64,000 nt of DNA from Gammaproteobacteria bacterium. Lineage in GTDB: Bacteria; Pseudomonadota; Gammaproteobacteria; Pseudomonadales; Azotimanducaceae. The notes beneath the pieces were generated by a model. The model made no database searches. It saw nothing but the letters and a program-made list of their open reading frames with translations, and had not been told where the DNA came from. Location: NCBI GenBank assembly GCA_021773565.1, contig JAJFJZ010000019.1, forward strand, positions 59,333-123,332. The letters run 5' to 3'. Position 1 is the stretch's first letter; every line of letters starts with the position of its first letter. The position numbers were made by a program, and so were the translations under genes. This document shows positions 1 to 11,074 of this stretch, piece by piece.

Positions 1-545
1 TTGACGCCTTTCAGGAGTTTATTTTTCTAACTGCAATCGGCTGGTGCCTTGCGCTGGCAACGTTGGCACAATGGGCTGGTTTATCGTTTGAAATTGGTGC
101 ATTTGTTGCCGGAGTCTCGCTAGCAACCAGCCCGCTGTCTCAATACATCACTGAAAGCCTAAAACCCCTGCGAGATTTTTTTCTGGTGTTATTCTTTTTC
201 TCAGTCGGTGCGCAAATTAATCTGCCCTTGATGCTGACACTTTTTATACCCATCATCGTGCTTACCGCTTTGATACTGGTACTTAAACCACTCACTTTCA
301 GGATAATTCTGCAATGGCAGGGTGAAAAGCCGCACGATGCCCAGGAAGCTGGTATGCGCCTGGGCCAGGCGAGCGAGTTTTCTTTACTGATAGTTTATAT
401 GGCTACTGCTTCGCTTGTGTTAAGCGAGGAAGTGTCCCTGATAATTCAGGGCGCTACGCTTGCAACCCTGCTTTTGTCCAGCTATCTGGTGATATTCCGA
501 TATCCTAGCCCCATTGCGGTGAGCGCACGTTTAAGAAAGGACTAG
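1..545 (+). CDS. cation:proton antiporter (CPA2/Kef-like), C-terminal portion; 5' end outside window
   Basis: Frame 3 is open from the window edge to the stop at 543-545. The product is a run of hydrophobic TM helices (GAFVAGVSLA, LRDFFLVLFFFSVGAQI) typical of Na+/H+ or K+/H+ exchanger membrane domains. Confidence 0.7.
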   Translation, partial: DAFQEFIFLTAIGWCLALATLAQWAGLSFEIGAFVAGVSLATSPLSQYITESLKPLRDFFLVLFFFSVGAQINLPLMLTLFIPIIVLTALILVLKPLTFRIILQWQGEKPHDAQEAGMRLGQASEFSLLIVYMATASLVLSEEVSLIIQGATLATLLLSSYLVIFRYPSPIAVSARLRKD

Positions 546-556
546 ACAGGAAATCA

Positions 557-1543
557 TTACAAAACTACCAGGCCTCTACCTACCATTTGGCCTTTGAGTA
601 TTGTATCGATTGCTGAACTCACCTTGGATAACGGAATTTCCTGAACCAGTTGCTCGAGTGACTCAGGTCGCCATGCATTTCCAAGTTTTTGCCAAATCTC
701 CTGCTTTTTAGCTATGGGCAGCTCAACGGAATCAATTCCCAGGAGGTTGACGTTTCGCAAAATGAAAGGTAACACCGTTGCGGGAATTTCCATGGAAGCA
801 ACCAGGCCACACGCAGCCGCACTTGCGCCATAACGCAGAGACTTTATGGCCGCGAAAAGCATCTCACCGCCAACCGAATCTACTACTCCCGCCCATCGTT
901 CTTTTAACATGGGTTTTGCAGCCCCTTCCATAAACTGTTCTCGGGTAAGCACTTCCCTTGCACCAAGACCTTTAAGGAATTTTACTTGTTCAGGCTTTCC
1001 TGAAACCGCTGTCACGGTATAGCCTAAATGTGAAAGCAGCGCCACCGCAAAGGAGCCTACGCCACCACTGGCACCGGTAACAAGCACGTCTGCCCCGTCT
1101 TTTTCCAAGCCCATGTGTATCAACTTTTCGATACACAAAGCGGCCGTAAGACCCGCTGTACCAATAATCATGCTATCTCGCATTGACAGCGAATCCAGTT
1201 TAACAACCCAGTCCCCCGGAACGCGTATTCGTTGTCCAAACCCACCACTTGTGTTCATTCCAAGATCATAACCTGTTACCAGAACCTCGAACCCAGGCTG
1301 AAAACGGGAGTCTGATGATTCCAGTACGACGCCTGCAGCGTCTATTCCGGGCGTATGCGGAAAATTTCTGCTTACGCCGGGATTTCCGGTCGCCGATAAT
1401 GCATCCTTGAAATTGAGTGAACTGTATTTCACGTCGATCAGAACATCACCATCTGGTAAAGAGCCGATGTCACGCTCTACGATGCTTCGGGTAAATTTTC
1501 CGGCAGAATCTTTTTCGACCAACAATGCGGTAAAGGTAGTCAT
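557..1543 (-). CDS. acuI: YhdH/AcuI-family NADPH-dependent acrylyl-CoA reductase / quinone oxidoreductase
   Basis: MDR-superfamily sequence with DVKYSSLNFKDALSATG, HTPGIDAAG and GASGGVGS motifs, colinear with E. coli YhdH. The ATG at 1543 overlaps the sohB stop as ATGA; the track ORF extends to 1555. Confidence 0.85.
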   Translation of the reverse strand: MTTFTALLVEKDSAGKFTRSIVERDIGSLPDGDVLIDVKYSSLNFKDALSATGNPGVSRNFPHTPGIDAAGVVLESSDSRFQPGFEVLVTGYDLGMNTSGGFGQRIRVPGDWVVKLDSLSMRDSMIIGTAGLTAALCIEKLIHMGLEKDGADVLVTGASGGVGSFAVALLSHLGYTVTAVSGKPEQVKFLKGLGAREVLTREQFMEGAAKPMLKERWAGVVDSVGGEMLFAAIKSLRYGASAAACGLVASMEIPATVLPFILRNVNLLGIDSVELPIAKKQEIWQKLGNAWRPESLEQLVQEIPLSKVSSAIDTILKGQMVGRGLVVL

Positions 1544-2613
1544 TTTGTACTCCATGGCACCTGGAACTGAAACTCAGCAGCAGTTTTATGCGCAAGCTGA
1601 GCGAGTTGGGCTATAAACCGTTCAAGCGGCTTCTTGTGCTCCACCCACTTTATCTGAAATACATCCGAATCCTCACAGGCGCGTAGTATGTACTCATCAC
1701 TGGTCATAAGACTATCAACCAGCTTCTTGTCGAGCGCTCTTCGCCCATACCATGCCTCTCCAGTGGACACGTCTTCAATATCTAGCATGGGACGATTGTC
1801 TGAAACAAATTCCTGGAACAGCTGGTGCACATCATTCAACTCCTCTATAAATTTTGCACGTCCCTCTTCCGTATTCTCGCCCAAAGTGGTCAAGGTCCGC
1901 TTGTACTTGCCAGCCGTGAGCACATCTACATCTACATCATATTTTTTTAGCAATCTATGTACATTTGGAATTTGTGCGACGACACCGATAGATCCCACCA
2001 GGGCAAATGGCGCGGCAATTATTTCATCTGCTGTTGTTGCCATCAGATACCCACCACTGGCGGCAACTTTATCCACCGCAGCAACCAGTTTAATGCCTTT
2101 TTGCTTGAAGCGCTCCAGTTGCGAGGCTGCGAGACCATACGTATGAACCATCCCACCAGCACTGTCGATACAGACCAGTACGGAATCCTGTTCCCGCACA
2201 CCGGTAAGTACTGCAGTCACCTCGTGTCGAAGGGCTTCTACCCTTGAAGCCTGTACGTCACCGTCAAACGCCAACACAAAAAGACGCTTGCGCCGCCCCT
2301 CAACGTTAGAACTCGTCGAATCGTCGGAATCTTTATCTTTTAGTGCTTTCTTTTTTTCGCGGGCTACTTTCTTTTTGTCTTTTGCCTGCTTTTTGTGCTC
2401 AAGTTTTAGCTGGTCGGAATCCAGAAATGTCTCAGTAAGTTGTTCCTTCATGTCATCGAACTGCTTATTGAGCGCAGTAATTTCCAGATGGGCATCTGAT
2501 GTGTGCTGTCTACGCATTCCAGATGCCAGCGCTGTAGACAGAATAATTAGCAGTGCGACAACGATAGTGGCTGCCTTGGCGAGAAAACCGAGATACTCGT
2601 AGAGATATTCCAT
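1540..2613 (-). CDS. sohB: S49-family inner-membrane protease SohB
   Basis: 357 aa. It has an N-terminal TM helix (MEYLYEYLGFLAKAATIVVALLIIL, like E. coli SohB), a K/E-rich linker, and a ClpP/crotonase-like S49 core (DSAGGMVHTYG, KVAASGGYLMA). Confidence 0.9.
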   Translation of the reverse strand: MEYLYEYLGFLAKAATIVVALLIILSTALASGMRRQHTSDAHLEITALNKQFDDMKEQLTETFLDSDQLKLEHKKQAKDKKKVAREKKKALKDKDSDDSTSSNVEGRRKRLFVLAFDGDVQASRVEALRHEVTAVLTGVREQDSVLVCIDSAGGMVHTYGLAASQLERFKQKGIKLVAAVDKVAASGGYLMATTADEIIAAPFALVGSIGVVAQIPNVHRLLKKYDVDVDVLTAGKYKRTLTTLGENTEEGRAKFIEELNDVHQLFQEFVSDNRPMLDIEDVSTGEAWYGRRALDKKLVDSLMTSDEYILRACEDSDVFQIKWVEHKKPLERFIAQLAQLAHKTAAEFQFQVPWSTK

Positions 2614-2755
2614 AATTTTTTGGGTGGTAATGAAGAGAAAGCGGGCTACTTTACTTGCTACAACACAAATCGTCTATACCGATTAACTCCACAGGGAAAA
2701 ACATTCACGCATACTACATACAGTAGCTCGCCCTCTTGACCCGAGGCCGCCCACA

Positions 2756-3118
2756 GTGTGTTATGCAAATATGGGTACGGATAAAAAACAGCTTATTGTC
2801 ACGCTTGGCGAGCAATTTAATGCAGACGCTGCTGAACACATTAACGCCAAAGTTAATCTTGCAGTCAAAACGGGGCCTTTCCATACGCCGATCCTGTCCT
2901 TTTCAATTGACCAGATGTCCCTAAACATTGCGGAGGAGGCTTCAGAAGATGCTGACATAACACTCATTGCTGACGAACTGGATACTTTCGAGCGTATTCT
3001 GACTGGCAGACAACATCTTGTGAGTGCGTTTATGCAGGGAAACTTTCAGAGCGATGGATACCTGGTACTGGTATTTCAGGTGCTTTCCGTATTCACATCA
3101 CGACAGCAGGGTAAATAG
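2756..3118 (+). CDS. SCP2 sterol-binding-domain protein
   Basis: The C-terminal half, ADITLIADELDTFERILTGRQHLVSAFMQGNFQSDGYLVLVFQV, fits the SCP2 pattern (ADVT...F..L..G...AFM.GK.K..G). The start is ambiguous: GTG at 2756 or ATG at 2771. Confidence 0.6.
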   Translation: MCYANMGTDKKQLIVTLGEQFNADAAEHINAKVNLAVKTGPFHTPILSFSIDQMSLNIAEEASEDADITLIADELDTFERILTGRQHLVSAFMQGNFQSDGYLVLVFQVLSVFTSRQQGK

Positions 3119-3137
3119 GGACGAGGCTGGATGTGGT

Positions 3138-3965
3138 TCAAAGCTTGTCCAGATAGTCATCAATTAGCCAGCGAGATATTGCGGTTTTAGGGGGTATTTG
3201 GGGTAATGCATCTTTTGTAAACCACTGGGCATCAGCAATTTCATCAGCCTGGCACTTTATCTCACCACCCACATATGCAGCGTGAAAGCCAAGCATCAGA
3301 GAATTGGGAAATGGCCAGGACTGACTTCCAAGGTAACTTATATTTCCCACCTCAATATTAACCTCTTCCATGACTTCCCTGTGCACAGTTTGCTCGATCG
3401 ACTCTCCTGGCTCTACAAAGCCAGCCAGGGTGCTGTACATCTGAGTTGGCCAGGCCACATTCCTGGCAAGTAAAATGCTGTCCCCTTTGTGAATGAGTAC
3501 AATAATGCTCGGTGAGATCCTGGGATAGCTTATCAATCCACAATCCGGACATTGTCGGGCCCGATCGGTAGCGTGATCCTGCGTGTGGGAACCGCAACGG
3601 CCACAAAATCGATAATCGCGTTGCCAATCCAGTATCTGTTGCGCCCTACCGGCGAGATAGAAGACGTCAGCGGCTACCCTGCCCAACCATCCTCTTAGAC
3701 CAAGCAGAACGTATCCTTCAGGCGCCACTCCAACGGCGTCCACTACATAACAGGCCCTGTTATGGTAGGTTCCCATGTAATGTTCGTTAGAAATAGTTAG
3801 ATCAAGCCAGCGGTATTCGTCACCGGTTACAGGGCGAGGACTGCCAGTGTCATTCATACAAAGAAGTTCGCCCCGCACGAAGACGAAAAACCATGCCTCT
3901 GAATGAATCACTTCTTCCGGGGGAACTACGCCAGGCAGAAAGGGGTCCGGTTCGCGTGGCCACAT
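3138..3965 (-). CDS. nudC: NAD+ diphosphatase (NADH pyrophosphatase) NudC
   Basis: Zinc ribbon CGRCGSHT...CPDCG followed by the Nudix box GFVEPGESIEQTVHREVMEEVNI, which is the NudC architecture. Confidence 0.9.
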   Translation of the reverse strand: MWPREPDPFLPGVVPPEEVIHSEAWFFVFVRGELLCMNDTGSPRPVTGDEYRWLDLTISNEHYMGTYHNRACYVVDAVGVAPEGYVLLGLRGWLGRVAADVFYLAGRAQQILDWQRDYRFCGRCGSHTQDHATDRARQCPDCGLISYPRISPSIIVLIHKGDSILLARNVAWPTQMYSTLAGFVEPGESIEQTVHREVMEEVNIEVGNISYLGSQSWPFPNSLMLGFHAAYVGGEIKCQADEIADAQWFTKDALPQIPPKTAISRWLIDDYLDKL

Positions 3966-4125
3966 AATAAATCTCCAGAGATTGTAACTCGATATGATAC
4001 CCCTCCAATGACTTTGAGTAATCGTAAGTTATTACCGCTTTCAGGCAAGAGCATCTATACTCAATCATACAAGACAGTTCAGGATTAGGCACAGGACTGT
4101 ATCCATATCGGGCTACGAGGAAGCA

Positions 4126-5631
4126 ATGAGCGAAACAGCGGCAAATGCAATTTGGGACAACTTTCTTGGTCATTCTCCAGAGTGGTATAAAAAAACAGTA
4201 TTGTTTTTTCTTGTCGTAAACCCCCTGATTTTTTTTCTTGTAGACCACACATTGGCCGGTTGGCTGGTAGTTCTGGAATTTATTTTTACCCTGGCAATGG
4301 CACTCAAATGTTACCCATTGCAACCCGGTGGATTACTTGCCATCGAGGCAGTCGCCATCGGCATGACAACGCCCGAGGGCGTTCGGGCGGAGCTATTTTC
4401 CCAATTTCCCGTAATCCTGCTATTGATGTTTATGGTAGCAGGGATCTACTTTATGCAAGACCTGCTGCTATTCACTTTCACAAAAATAGTGCTGAAAATT
4501 CGTTCCAAAACCACGGTTTCCTTTCTCTTTTCAATTACAGCCGCAGTACTTTCTGCATTTTTGGATGCGCTTACAGTCACTGCGGTAATTATCAGTGTCT
4601 CGGTTGGATTTTATTCGGTTTACCATAAAGTCGCATCAGGGGGGCATTTTCATCAGGATGACCATGATCATACCGAGGACGGTAAAGTTGGGGACCATCA
4701 CAGGGATGATCTGGACCAGTTCCGCGCGTTTCTGCGCAACCTGCTGATGCATGCAGCCGTGGGAACCGCGCTTGGAGGCGTATGCACCATTGTAGGAGAA
4801 CCACAAAACCTGCTAATTGCAGGAAAGTTAGATTGGCAGTTTATAGAGTTTTTTCAACGCATGGCACCCGTCACCATGCCCGTATTCGTAGCAGGACTAA
4901 TTACGTGTATCGTTCTGGAAAAAACCCACTGGTTTGGCTATGGTGCAATTTTGCCGGACTCAGTGCGCCAGATTCTTGATGATTTCGATCACGAAGAGAC
5001 CGAAAATCGAAGCCAGAAAGAGAAAATGCAGTTGGTAATTCAGGCGATAGCAGCAGGAGTACTAGTGCTTGCCCTGGCTTTTCACTGGGCAGAAGTTGGC
5101 CTGATAGGGCTTATGGTAATTGTGTTGCAGACCGCGCTAAACGGCGTAACGGAAGAACATCAGATTGGTCGGGCATTCGAGGAAGCCTTGCCTTTTACCT
5201 CTCTTCTGGTGGTATTTTTTGTAATAGTTTCTGTCATCCATGACCAGCATCTTTTTAGCCCAATAATACACTATGCGCTCGCACTGGATCTATCAGTTCA
5301 GCCAGGCGTTTTTTATATTGCCAATGGCTTGCTCTCTATGATTAGCGACAATGTATTCGTTGCTACGGTGTATATCAACGAGGTGCAGCGCGTGTACCTG
5401 GCCAATGAAATTTCTCGCGAACACTACGAATTGTTAGCGATAGCAATTAACACTGGTACAAATCTTCCAAGCGTTGCGACACCCAATGGACAGGCCGCAT
5501 TTTTGTTTCTGTTGACCTCTTCCATCGCACCGCTAGTGCGTTTGTCGTACATGCGTATGGTAATTATGGCACTGCCATACACCATCGTATTGGCTCTGGT
5601 TGGCTTCGCAGGTATTAACTGGTTTGTGTAA
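4126..5631 (+). CDS. nhaB: Na+/H+ antiporter NhaB
   Basis: 501-aa polytopic membrane protein of NhaB length with the NhaB N-terminus ([22 protein letters not shown]). A GAGGAAG RBS lies 5 nt upstream of the ATG. Confidence 0.9.
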   Translation: MSETAANAIWDNFLGHSPEWYKKTVLFFLVVNPLIFFLVDHTLAGWLVVLEFIFTLAMALKCYPLQPGGLLAIEAVAIGMTTPEGVRAELFSQFPVILLLMFMVAGIYFMQDLLLFTFTKIVLKIRSKTTVSFLFSITAAVLSAFLDALTVTAVIISVSVGFYSVYHKVASGGHFHQDDHDHTEDGKVGDHHRDDLDQFRAFLRNLLMHAAVGTALGGVCTIVGEPQNLLIAGKLDWQFIEFFQRMAPVTMPVFVAGLITCIVLEKTHWFGYGAILPDSVRQILDDFDHEETENRSQKEKMQLVIQAIAAGVLVLALAFHWAEVGLIGLMVIVLQTALNGVTEEHQIGRAFEEALPFTSLLVVFFVIVSVIHDQHLFSPIIHYALALDLSVQPGVFYIANGLLSMISDNVFVATVYINEVQRVYLANEISREHYELLAIAINTGTNLPSVATPNGQAAFLFLLTSSIAPLVRLSYMRMVIMALPYTIVLALVGFAGINWFV

Positions 5632-5649
5632 GCTATATTTCCAATTCAA

Positions 5650-6366
5650 CTATTCTTGAAGCCTACGCCACAGACTTCCATCCTTGCAGGCCTTATCCAG
5701 CTCATCAAGCTTTGCTTCATGCTGTTGCTGTTCGAAACTGCTTGCCTCAATCGTCACCAGATTCAGGGCAGAAATATCAAGCCTTGCATGGGGTTTTACC
5801 AACTCTCCGTTAGAGGCATCTTCTCCTGCTGCACTGAACAGAGCGGTTTGGCCCCCTGTCATTAGCAGATATACATCCGCCAGTATTTCGGCGTCTAACA
5901 GCGCCCCGTGTAACGTTCGTTGTGTATTATCAACATAATATCTTCGGCAAAGTGCATCGAGATTATTTTTTTGCCCCGGATGTCTGTCCCGGGCCATAAC
6001 CAGGGTATCCAGCACACTGGCATAATCTGACATCCTGCCCGGAACGGGATTGAGGCGACTCAATTCAGCATCAAGAAAGCCAATATCAAAAGGAGCGTTG
6101 TGAATAATTAATTCCGCGCCTCTTACAAAATCAAGAAATCCCTGTGCTATTTCAGAAAATCGCGGCTTATCAATTAGAAATTCTGCGGTAATGCCATGCA
6201 CATCCAGGGCGGCCTCATCTATTTCCCGATCGGGTTGCAGGTATTGATGGTAATGACTTCCGGTCAATTTTCTATCCAGTAGCTCCACTGCACCGATCTC
6301 TATGATTCGATGCCCGCTCGCTGGATCCAAACCGGTTGTTTCCGTATCCAGTACAATTTGTCTCAA
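5650..6366 (-). CDS. dnaQ: DNA polymerase III epsilon subunit (3'-5' proofreading exonuclease)
   Basis: DEDDh exonuclease motifs ([34 protein letters not shown]). It overlaps rnhA by 4 nt. Confidence 0.95.
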   Translation of the reverse strand: MRQIVLDTETTGLDPASGHRIIEIGAVELLDRKLTGSHYHQYLQPDREIDEAALDVHGITAEFLIDKPRFSEIAQGFLDFVRGAELIIHNAPFDIGFLDAELSRLNPVPGRMSDYASVLDTLVMARDRHPGQKNNLDALCRRYYVDNTQRTLHGALLDAEILADVYLLMTGGQTALFSAAGEDASNGELVKPHARLDISALNLVTIEASSFEQQQHEAKLDELDKACKDGSLWRRLQE

Positions 6367-6818
6367 GAATTCACCCCGCCTGTGTTTTCGTCAATTGCTA
6401 TATTTGCAGCTTCATCTACCAGCTCATTTTCACGGTGCCCGCTGTGACCCTTAATCCAATGCCAATTTACCGTATGCTGCGCCACTTGCTCGTCCAGGGC
6501 CTGCCACAAATCCTTGTTTTTAACCGGTTTGCGTGCTGCTGTCTTCCATCCGTTGGCTTTCCAGTTTGCCATCCAGTTCATAATTCCCTGTCGGACATAT
6601 TGCGAATCCGTAGTGAGTTCAACATGGCAGGGGCGTGTTAAAGCCCTGAGTGCTTCAATAGCAGCCATCAGTTCCATGCGATTGTTTGTGGTGTCAGCTT
6701 CATATCCGCGAATAATTTTTTCTGTATCCCCTCGCCTAAGTAAAGCTCCCCAGCCGCCTGGACCGGGATTGCCCCGGCAGGCTCCGTCGGTAAATATCTC
6801 GATCTTTGATAAATTCAA
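6363..6818 (-). CDS. rnhA: ribonuclease HI
   Basis: [27 protein letters not shown] and TDSQYV motifs. 151 aa, with a TTG start as given by the ORF track. Confidence 0.95.
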   Translation of the reverse strand: MNLSKIEIFTDGACRGNPGPGGWGALLRRGDTEKIIRGYEADTTNNRMELMAAIEALRALTRPCHVELTTDSQYVRQGIMNWMANWKANGWKTAARKPVKNKDLWQALDEQVAQHTVNWHWIKGHSGHRENELVDEAANIAIDENTGGVNS

Positions 6819-6888
6819 TGTCTAGTTCCATTTTTGTACCAATTAATCCACAGCGCTCTGAGTGGGGCGCTAGCGGCCCGGTGTGTGC

Positions 6889-7638
6889 TCATGTCAGGGA
6901 TTGCGGCAAAACCCGACCAGGAACGCCTGCATGGCTGTGTAGTGGGCCTGACAGGGAAACACTCGCCGATGTCTTGCTAGCGAGCAAATAATATATCCCA
7001 CCAATAGGTGGACGCCAGTTCTCGAGGTGTTTTCTGAGCGCTGGCCATTTTTCTACCCAGGTGGATGCAAACTCAAACGGTGGCCGGTACATCAGGTACT
7101 TCAGAGTGTCATCCACCTCAAACCCAAGCACCTTTAACCAATCTAACAGGCGATAGGGATTAACAAAATTCGTACTAGTAAATGCATCATCGCGTACACG
7201 TGCATACAGGGATCTCAGATACCAACTGCTTATGGGATTAAATCCTACCAACAAGAGACGCCCGCCGGGTGCCAGCACCCGCGAAAGCTCCCTAATCGCA
7301 TTTCGAGGGTCATCGCTACAATCAATCGCGTGATGCGACACAATACCGTGCAGGCTAGCGGATGCAATCGGCAAGAATTCACTTTGCGCCTGAAAAACTG
7401 CTGGTTGTTCAAATAAGGTCTCAACGGCATGGGTGGAGAGTAAACCGCAAAACTTGTGTCTAACCATACAAGGATCCAATAATCCGGGCTCAGGTAAAAC
7501 CGGACTCAACCAGAGCATACTGTCTCCATGAAACCTACGAATTCCACGACTTACCAAATCCAGTTCCGCCGAAAGCGCAGCTTCGCCCAGTGAAGTGGCG
7601 AACCACCTGGCTATACGATTTGAACTATTTTCAGACAC
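6889..7638 (-). CDS. class I SAM-dependent methyltransferase (YafS-like)
   Basis: Methyltransferase-11-like C-terminal core (LAPGGRLLLVGFNPISSW). It occupies the yafS position beside rnhA-dnaQ, as in E. coli and Pseudomonas. Confidence 0.6.
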   Translation of the reverse strand: MSENSSNRIARWFATSLGEAALSAELDLVSRGIRRFHGDSMLWLSPVLPEPGLLDPCMVRHKFCGLLSTHAVETLFEQPAVFQAQSEFLPIASASLHGIVSHHAIDCSDDPRNAIRELSRVLAPGGRLLLVGFNPISSWYLRSLYARVRDDAFTSTNFVNPYRLLDWLKVLGFEVDDTLKYLMYRPPFEFASTWVEKWPALRKHLENWRPPIGGIYYLLASKTSASVSLSGPLHSHAGVPGRVLPQSLT

Positions 7639-7708
7639 CTGTCACCCGGAAATGTAAACCTGAATGTTATACTGCCGCGAGATGAAACCAAATTTTAATG
7701 GAGTAATT

Positions 7709-9073
7709 GTGCAGTTCACCCTATCCATAAGCAAGATGCCCCTGTTTGGTTCTCTTGCACTATCCTGTTTACTTTCTGGATGTGCTACGCAACCCCAGGT
7801 TCAATCCGACAGCAAGGATTCTGAAAAGCCCGGGTTCAGGTACTCAGATGATTTTGTTTCCGCAGAACGTAAACCAGAAGAATATTTGAAGCGTGAAGTA
7901 GAAGCAGTAACGATTGCAAGCCCCACGCAAAGAGAAGTATTTACCAGCAAATTAATCACCAGACACCTTTGGAACGACCCACGGATAGAGCGTCAATATC
8001 AAAATTATCTGTCCCAAACCAGATTTAGTACACGGCTCAAACCCCGGTGGGAACAGTTTTTTGGATATGTACTCGCAGAAGTGGAAGCACGTGATCTTCC
8101 TTCAGAAATAGCTGTGGTGCCCCTGGTTGAAAGTTTGCTTGACCCCTATGCATTCTCTGCTGATGCTGCGGTTGGCATGTGGCAATTTGTAGATGCCACC
8201 GCGAGAGAGAACGGATTACCGATAAATTGGTGGTACGACGGCCGCCGTGATCCGATGCAGTCCACCCAGGCAGCCCTCAATTATCTGGAAAAACTGTACA
8301 AACGGTTTAATGACTGGCCGCTGGCGCTCGCAGCATACAATGGTGGTGCCGCTCGAATTAGTCGCGCTTTGTCCAACCAGAAAAAAGACAATTTCTGGGA
8401 ATTAAAACTTGCAAGTGAAACAGCAAACTATGTGCCCCGCATAATTGCACTCTCGCGCATGATGTCACAGGCTCCGCAATTTGATCTCAAATGGCCAACA
8501 TCAGATCAACCAGCCTTCGTTGAAGTGATTGGAGCCGGGCAGATCGACCTTTCAAATACTGCGAGAAAATTGAATATCACAACTGAGGAACTCTACCGCT
8601 TCAACCCTGGGTTGAGCCGGTGGGCAACACCTCCGATGGGTCCACATCGACTCCTGGTGGCGACCAACCATGCAAAATTGCTTCAGAGTATGCTAGCGGA
8701 AAATTCCACAGATTCTGCCTGGCAGAGATACGCCATCCAAAACGGCGACTCCCTAAGCCACATAGCACACAAATTTCGTGTAGAAACCAGTGATCTGAAA
8801 TCTGTCAATTCTTTAACGAGCAGTAAGATTAGGGCCGGAGACACTTTGGTAATACCAGGTTCCCACCAACCTTCTGCCGAAACAAGAACGCGTGGCAATC
8901 CCTTTCTCTTTAACCAAACCCGACAGAGTCAGCCCAAAGTGTATCGCGTTAAATCGGGCGATTCTTTTTGGAGTATTGCGCGCAAATTCAAGGTGAATAT
9001 GAACAAGCTTATAAAGACCAACCGGCTGAACCCAAAACGTGCACTGCAAATTGGCCAACGTATTCTGATTTGA
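7709..9073 (+). CDS. mltD: membrane-bound lytic murein transglycosylase D-like lipoprotein with LysM repeats
   Basis: Lipobox LLSGC; SLT catalytic region (VPLVESLLDPYAFSADAAVGMWQF, AAYNGG); two C-terminal LysM motifs (YAIQNGDSLSHIAHKF, YRVKSGDSFWSIARKF). GTG 7709 has a GGAG RBS 5 nt upstream; alternative starts are ATG 7664, 7682 and 7736. Confidence 0.85.
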   Translation: MQFTLSISKMPLFGSLALSCLLSGCATQPQVQSDSKDSEKPGFRYSDDFVSAERKPEEYLKREVEAVTIASPTQREVFTSKLITRHLWNDPRIERQYQNYLSQTRFSTRLKPRWEQFFGYVLAEVEARDLPSEIAVVPLVESLLDPYAFSADAAVGMWQFVDATARENGLPINWWYDGRRDPMQSTQAALNYLEKLYKRFNDWPLALAAYNGGAARISRALSNQKKDNFWELKLASETANYVPRIIALSRMMSQAPQFDLKWPTSDQPAFVEVIGAGQIDLSNTARKLNITTEELYRFNPGLSRWATPPMGPHRLLVATNHAKLLQSMLAENSTDSAWQRYAIQNGDSLSHIAHKFRVETSDLKSVNSLTSSKIRAGDTLVIPGSHQPSAETRTRGNPFLFNQTRQSQPKVYRVKSGDSFWSIARKFKVNMNKLIKTNRLNPKRALQIGQRILI

Positions 9074-9101
9074 GCCTGAAAACCATGCCTAACTCAAACC
9101 G

Positions 9102-11000
9102 CTATCGCCCACTGATAGATGCTGCTGCTTTCAATGAAGTATGCAAAGCCTGAAAATCATCCTGACCAATACTTCGCTCTAACTGCGTTTTAATGTCGCC
9201 CCGATCTTTGTCAGTAAGGGCCGCAAAATCGCCATCGGTAACTGAAGTAACAGTCACTACAGCTACAGATCCGTCGGCGATAGTCGTTTTGCCTGTTGAT
9301 TTTTTCCCGGGAGCCGGTCTGGGTAGCGTAAATGCCAGTGTTGCAATAGCTGGTGGAATTTCAGCCTGATTTCGTTTTACTGACGAAACCTGATTCCAAT
9401 CCATTGAATACTTTGCGGCTATGGTAGTACTGCCCTCTCCATCAGCCAATTGTTGCAGGATATCTTCTGCTGCCTGGTCAATCCTATCCCTGGCAGCCTC
9501 GGAAACGAGTATTGATTTTATTTCCTCGCGTACTTCATCCAGAGCTTTTTGGCTTGCGGGATAATAACCATCCGAACGAATCCAGTAAGCGGAATCGCCT
9601 ACCTGTACAGTTTTGCTATTAAAGCCCTCATCAGCAACGTCGCTGGAAAACGCTGCGTCAAGCATATTCGCGTTCGCAAAAACGCTATCTTCCATGCCTC
9701 TGTGTACACCGGTTATTTTGTTCAACTCAAGACCAAACTGTTCGACTACGGGTGTAAGTGAATCCGGCTCCTGGAAGGCAAGATCATCAATCAACTGGAT
9801 GCGTTCAACAAACAACTCTTCTGCCTGTTCAAGTCGCATTGTATGAGCAATAGCTTCTTTTTGTTCCTCGAACCCTGGAAATTCATCCAGGCGTATATCC
9901 AGCAACTTTATAAGATGCACACCAAACTCACTGACTACGGGTGCGGAAAGTTCATCTACTTTAAGGGCCCAGAGTGCTTCCTCAAACTCAGGTACCATGG
10001 CTCCCTGTGTAACATATCCCAGATCACCACCCAAGCCAGACGATCCCGGATCATCGGATAACTCTTTGGCCAGCGATTCAAAACTTTCGCCAGCCCCAAT
10101 CCGGGCAATAATATCCGTTATTAGTTGCGTTGCTTCTGCTTCACTTCGATCGTCCCCTGCGTTTATCAGTATGTGAGACGCACGGCGTGTTTCCGTAGCT
10201 GCAAAAGCGGCTTTATCTTCTTCGTAACGGGATAATAATGCCTCATCATTTACCACTATTTCGTCATCCTGCAATAACGCATCTACAGAAAGCCGGACAT
10301 AGGAAAGATCAATGGATTCCTGTGTGCGAAAACTGCTTCCATTAAGCTCAAAGTATTCGTTTATTGCTTCCTCCCCGATTTCTAAGTCCTGCATAAAACT
10401 GTCTGTTTTTAGAACAAGGTAGGCAAGGTCTCTGGTTTGCGAAAGCAGGTTGGATATTCTTTTTAGCTCCCAATCCAGGACAAGTTGAGAGTCAAACAGG
10501 GCTGTCTGTAAATCCTCGAGAATAAGACTCTCTCTTAATGCGGCGCGAAATGAAATTGGTGTATGACGGTCGTTAGCTAGCAGATTGCGATACAGATCAG
10601 CACTAAAAACACCATCGATTTGAAATGCAGGAATCTCGGTGATAATTTCATCCAATCGTGAATCTGAGGCTGCCAGACCCAAATCTTCACCAAACTGCAA
10701 AAGTATGGAGCGGTCTATCAGACGTTCAATTACCGACTGCTGAAGCAGCGTATCATTAATAAGTGAAGGATCAGCAGCTTCTCCCATTTGAGCCAGTAAT
10801 CGACGCTTTCTACGTTCAGTTTCGCTCAGCACTGAACTCTGGTTTATCGATACACCATTTACCTCAACGACGGAGGGATCGGTATCAACAAATGAGGTAA
10901 ACGCACCAAATCCGAATACCGCCAGTACAAAAATAACTGCTCCGGCTATGATCTTGCCACCCCGTCCCTGTGCACGGTCTCGCATTTTCATCATCGCCAT
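9102..11000 (-). CDS. ppiD: periplasmic chaperone / peptidyl-prolyl isomerase PpiD
   Basis: N-terminal anchor (GKIIAGAVIFVLAVFGF), SurA-like N domain, and a parvulin domain (RASHILI...GGDLGYV). It lies downstream of hupB, as in the E. coli lon-hupB-ppiD order. ATG 11000 has a CAGGAGAG RBS; the track ORF starts at TTG 11036. Confidence 0.9.
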   Translation of the reverse strand: MAMMKMRDRAQGRGGKIIAGAVIFVLAVFGFGAFTSFVDTDPSVVEVNGVSINQSSVLSETERRKRRLLAQMGEAADPSLINDTLLQQSVIERLIDRSILLQFGEDLGLAASDSRLDEIITEIPAFQIDGVFSADLYRNLLANDRHTPISFRAALRESLILEDLQTALFDSQLVLDWELKRISNLLSQTRDLAYLVLKTDSFMQDLEIGEEAINEYFELNGSSFRTQESIDLSYVRLSVDALLQDDEIVVNDEALLSRYEEDKAAFAATETRRASHILINAGDDRSEAEATQLITDIIARIGAGESFESLAKELSDDPGSSGLGGDLGYVTQGAMVPEFEEALWALKVDELSAPVVSEFGVHLIKLLDIRLDEFPGFEEQKEAIAHTMRLEQAEELFVERIQLIDDLAFQEPDSLTPVVEQFGLELNKITGVHRGMEDSVFANANMLDAAFSSDVADEGFNSKTVQVGDSAYWIRSDGYYPASQKALDEVREEIKSILVSEAARDRIDQAAEDILQQLADGEGSTTIAAKYSMDWNQVSSVKRNQAEIPPAIATLAFTLPRPAPGKKSTGKTTIADGSVAVVTVTSVTDGDFAALTDKDRGDIKTQLERSIGQDDFQALHTSLKAAASISGR

Positions 11001-11074
11001 ATCTGATTCTCTCCTGAAATAATTAAGCCTTTCCAAACCCGGGACTTAGGTGCCGGGGCAGTTTTATGGGCCAT

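Noticed and set aside
1540-1543. ATGA translational coupling of the protease gene sohB with acuI, considered as a possible functional link.
   Set aside because: Overlapping stop/start codons are the norm throughout this compact window (trpB/trpA, leuC/leuD, sucC/sucD, selA/selB and others), so the overlap alone does not indicate a shared pathway.
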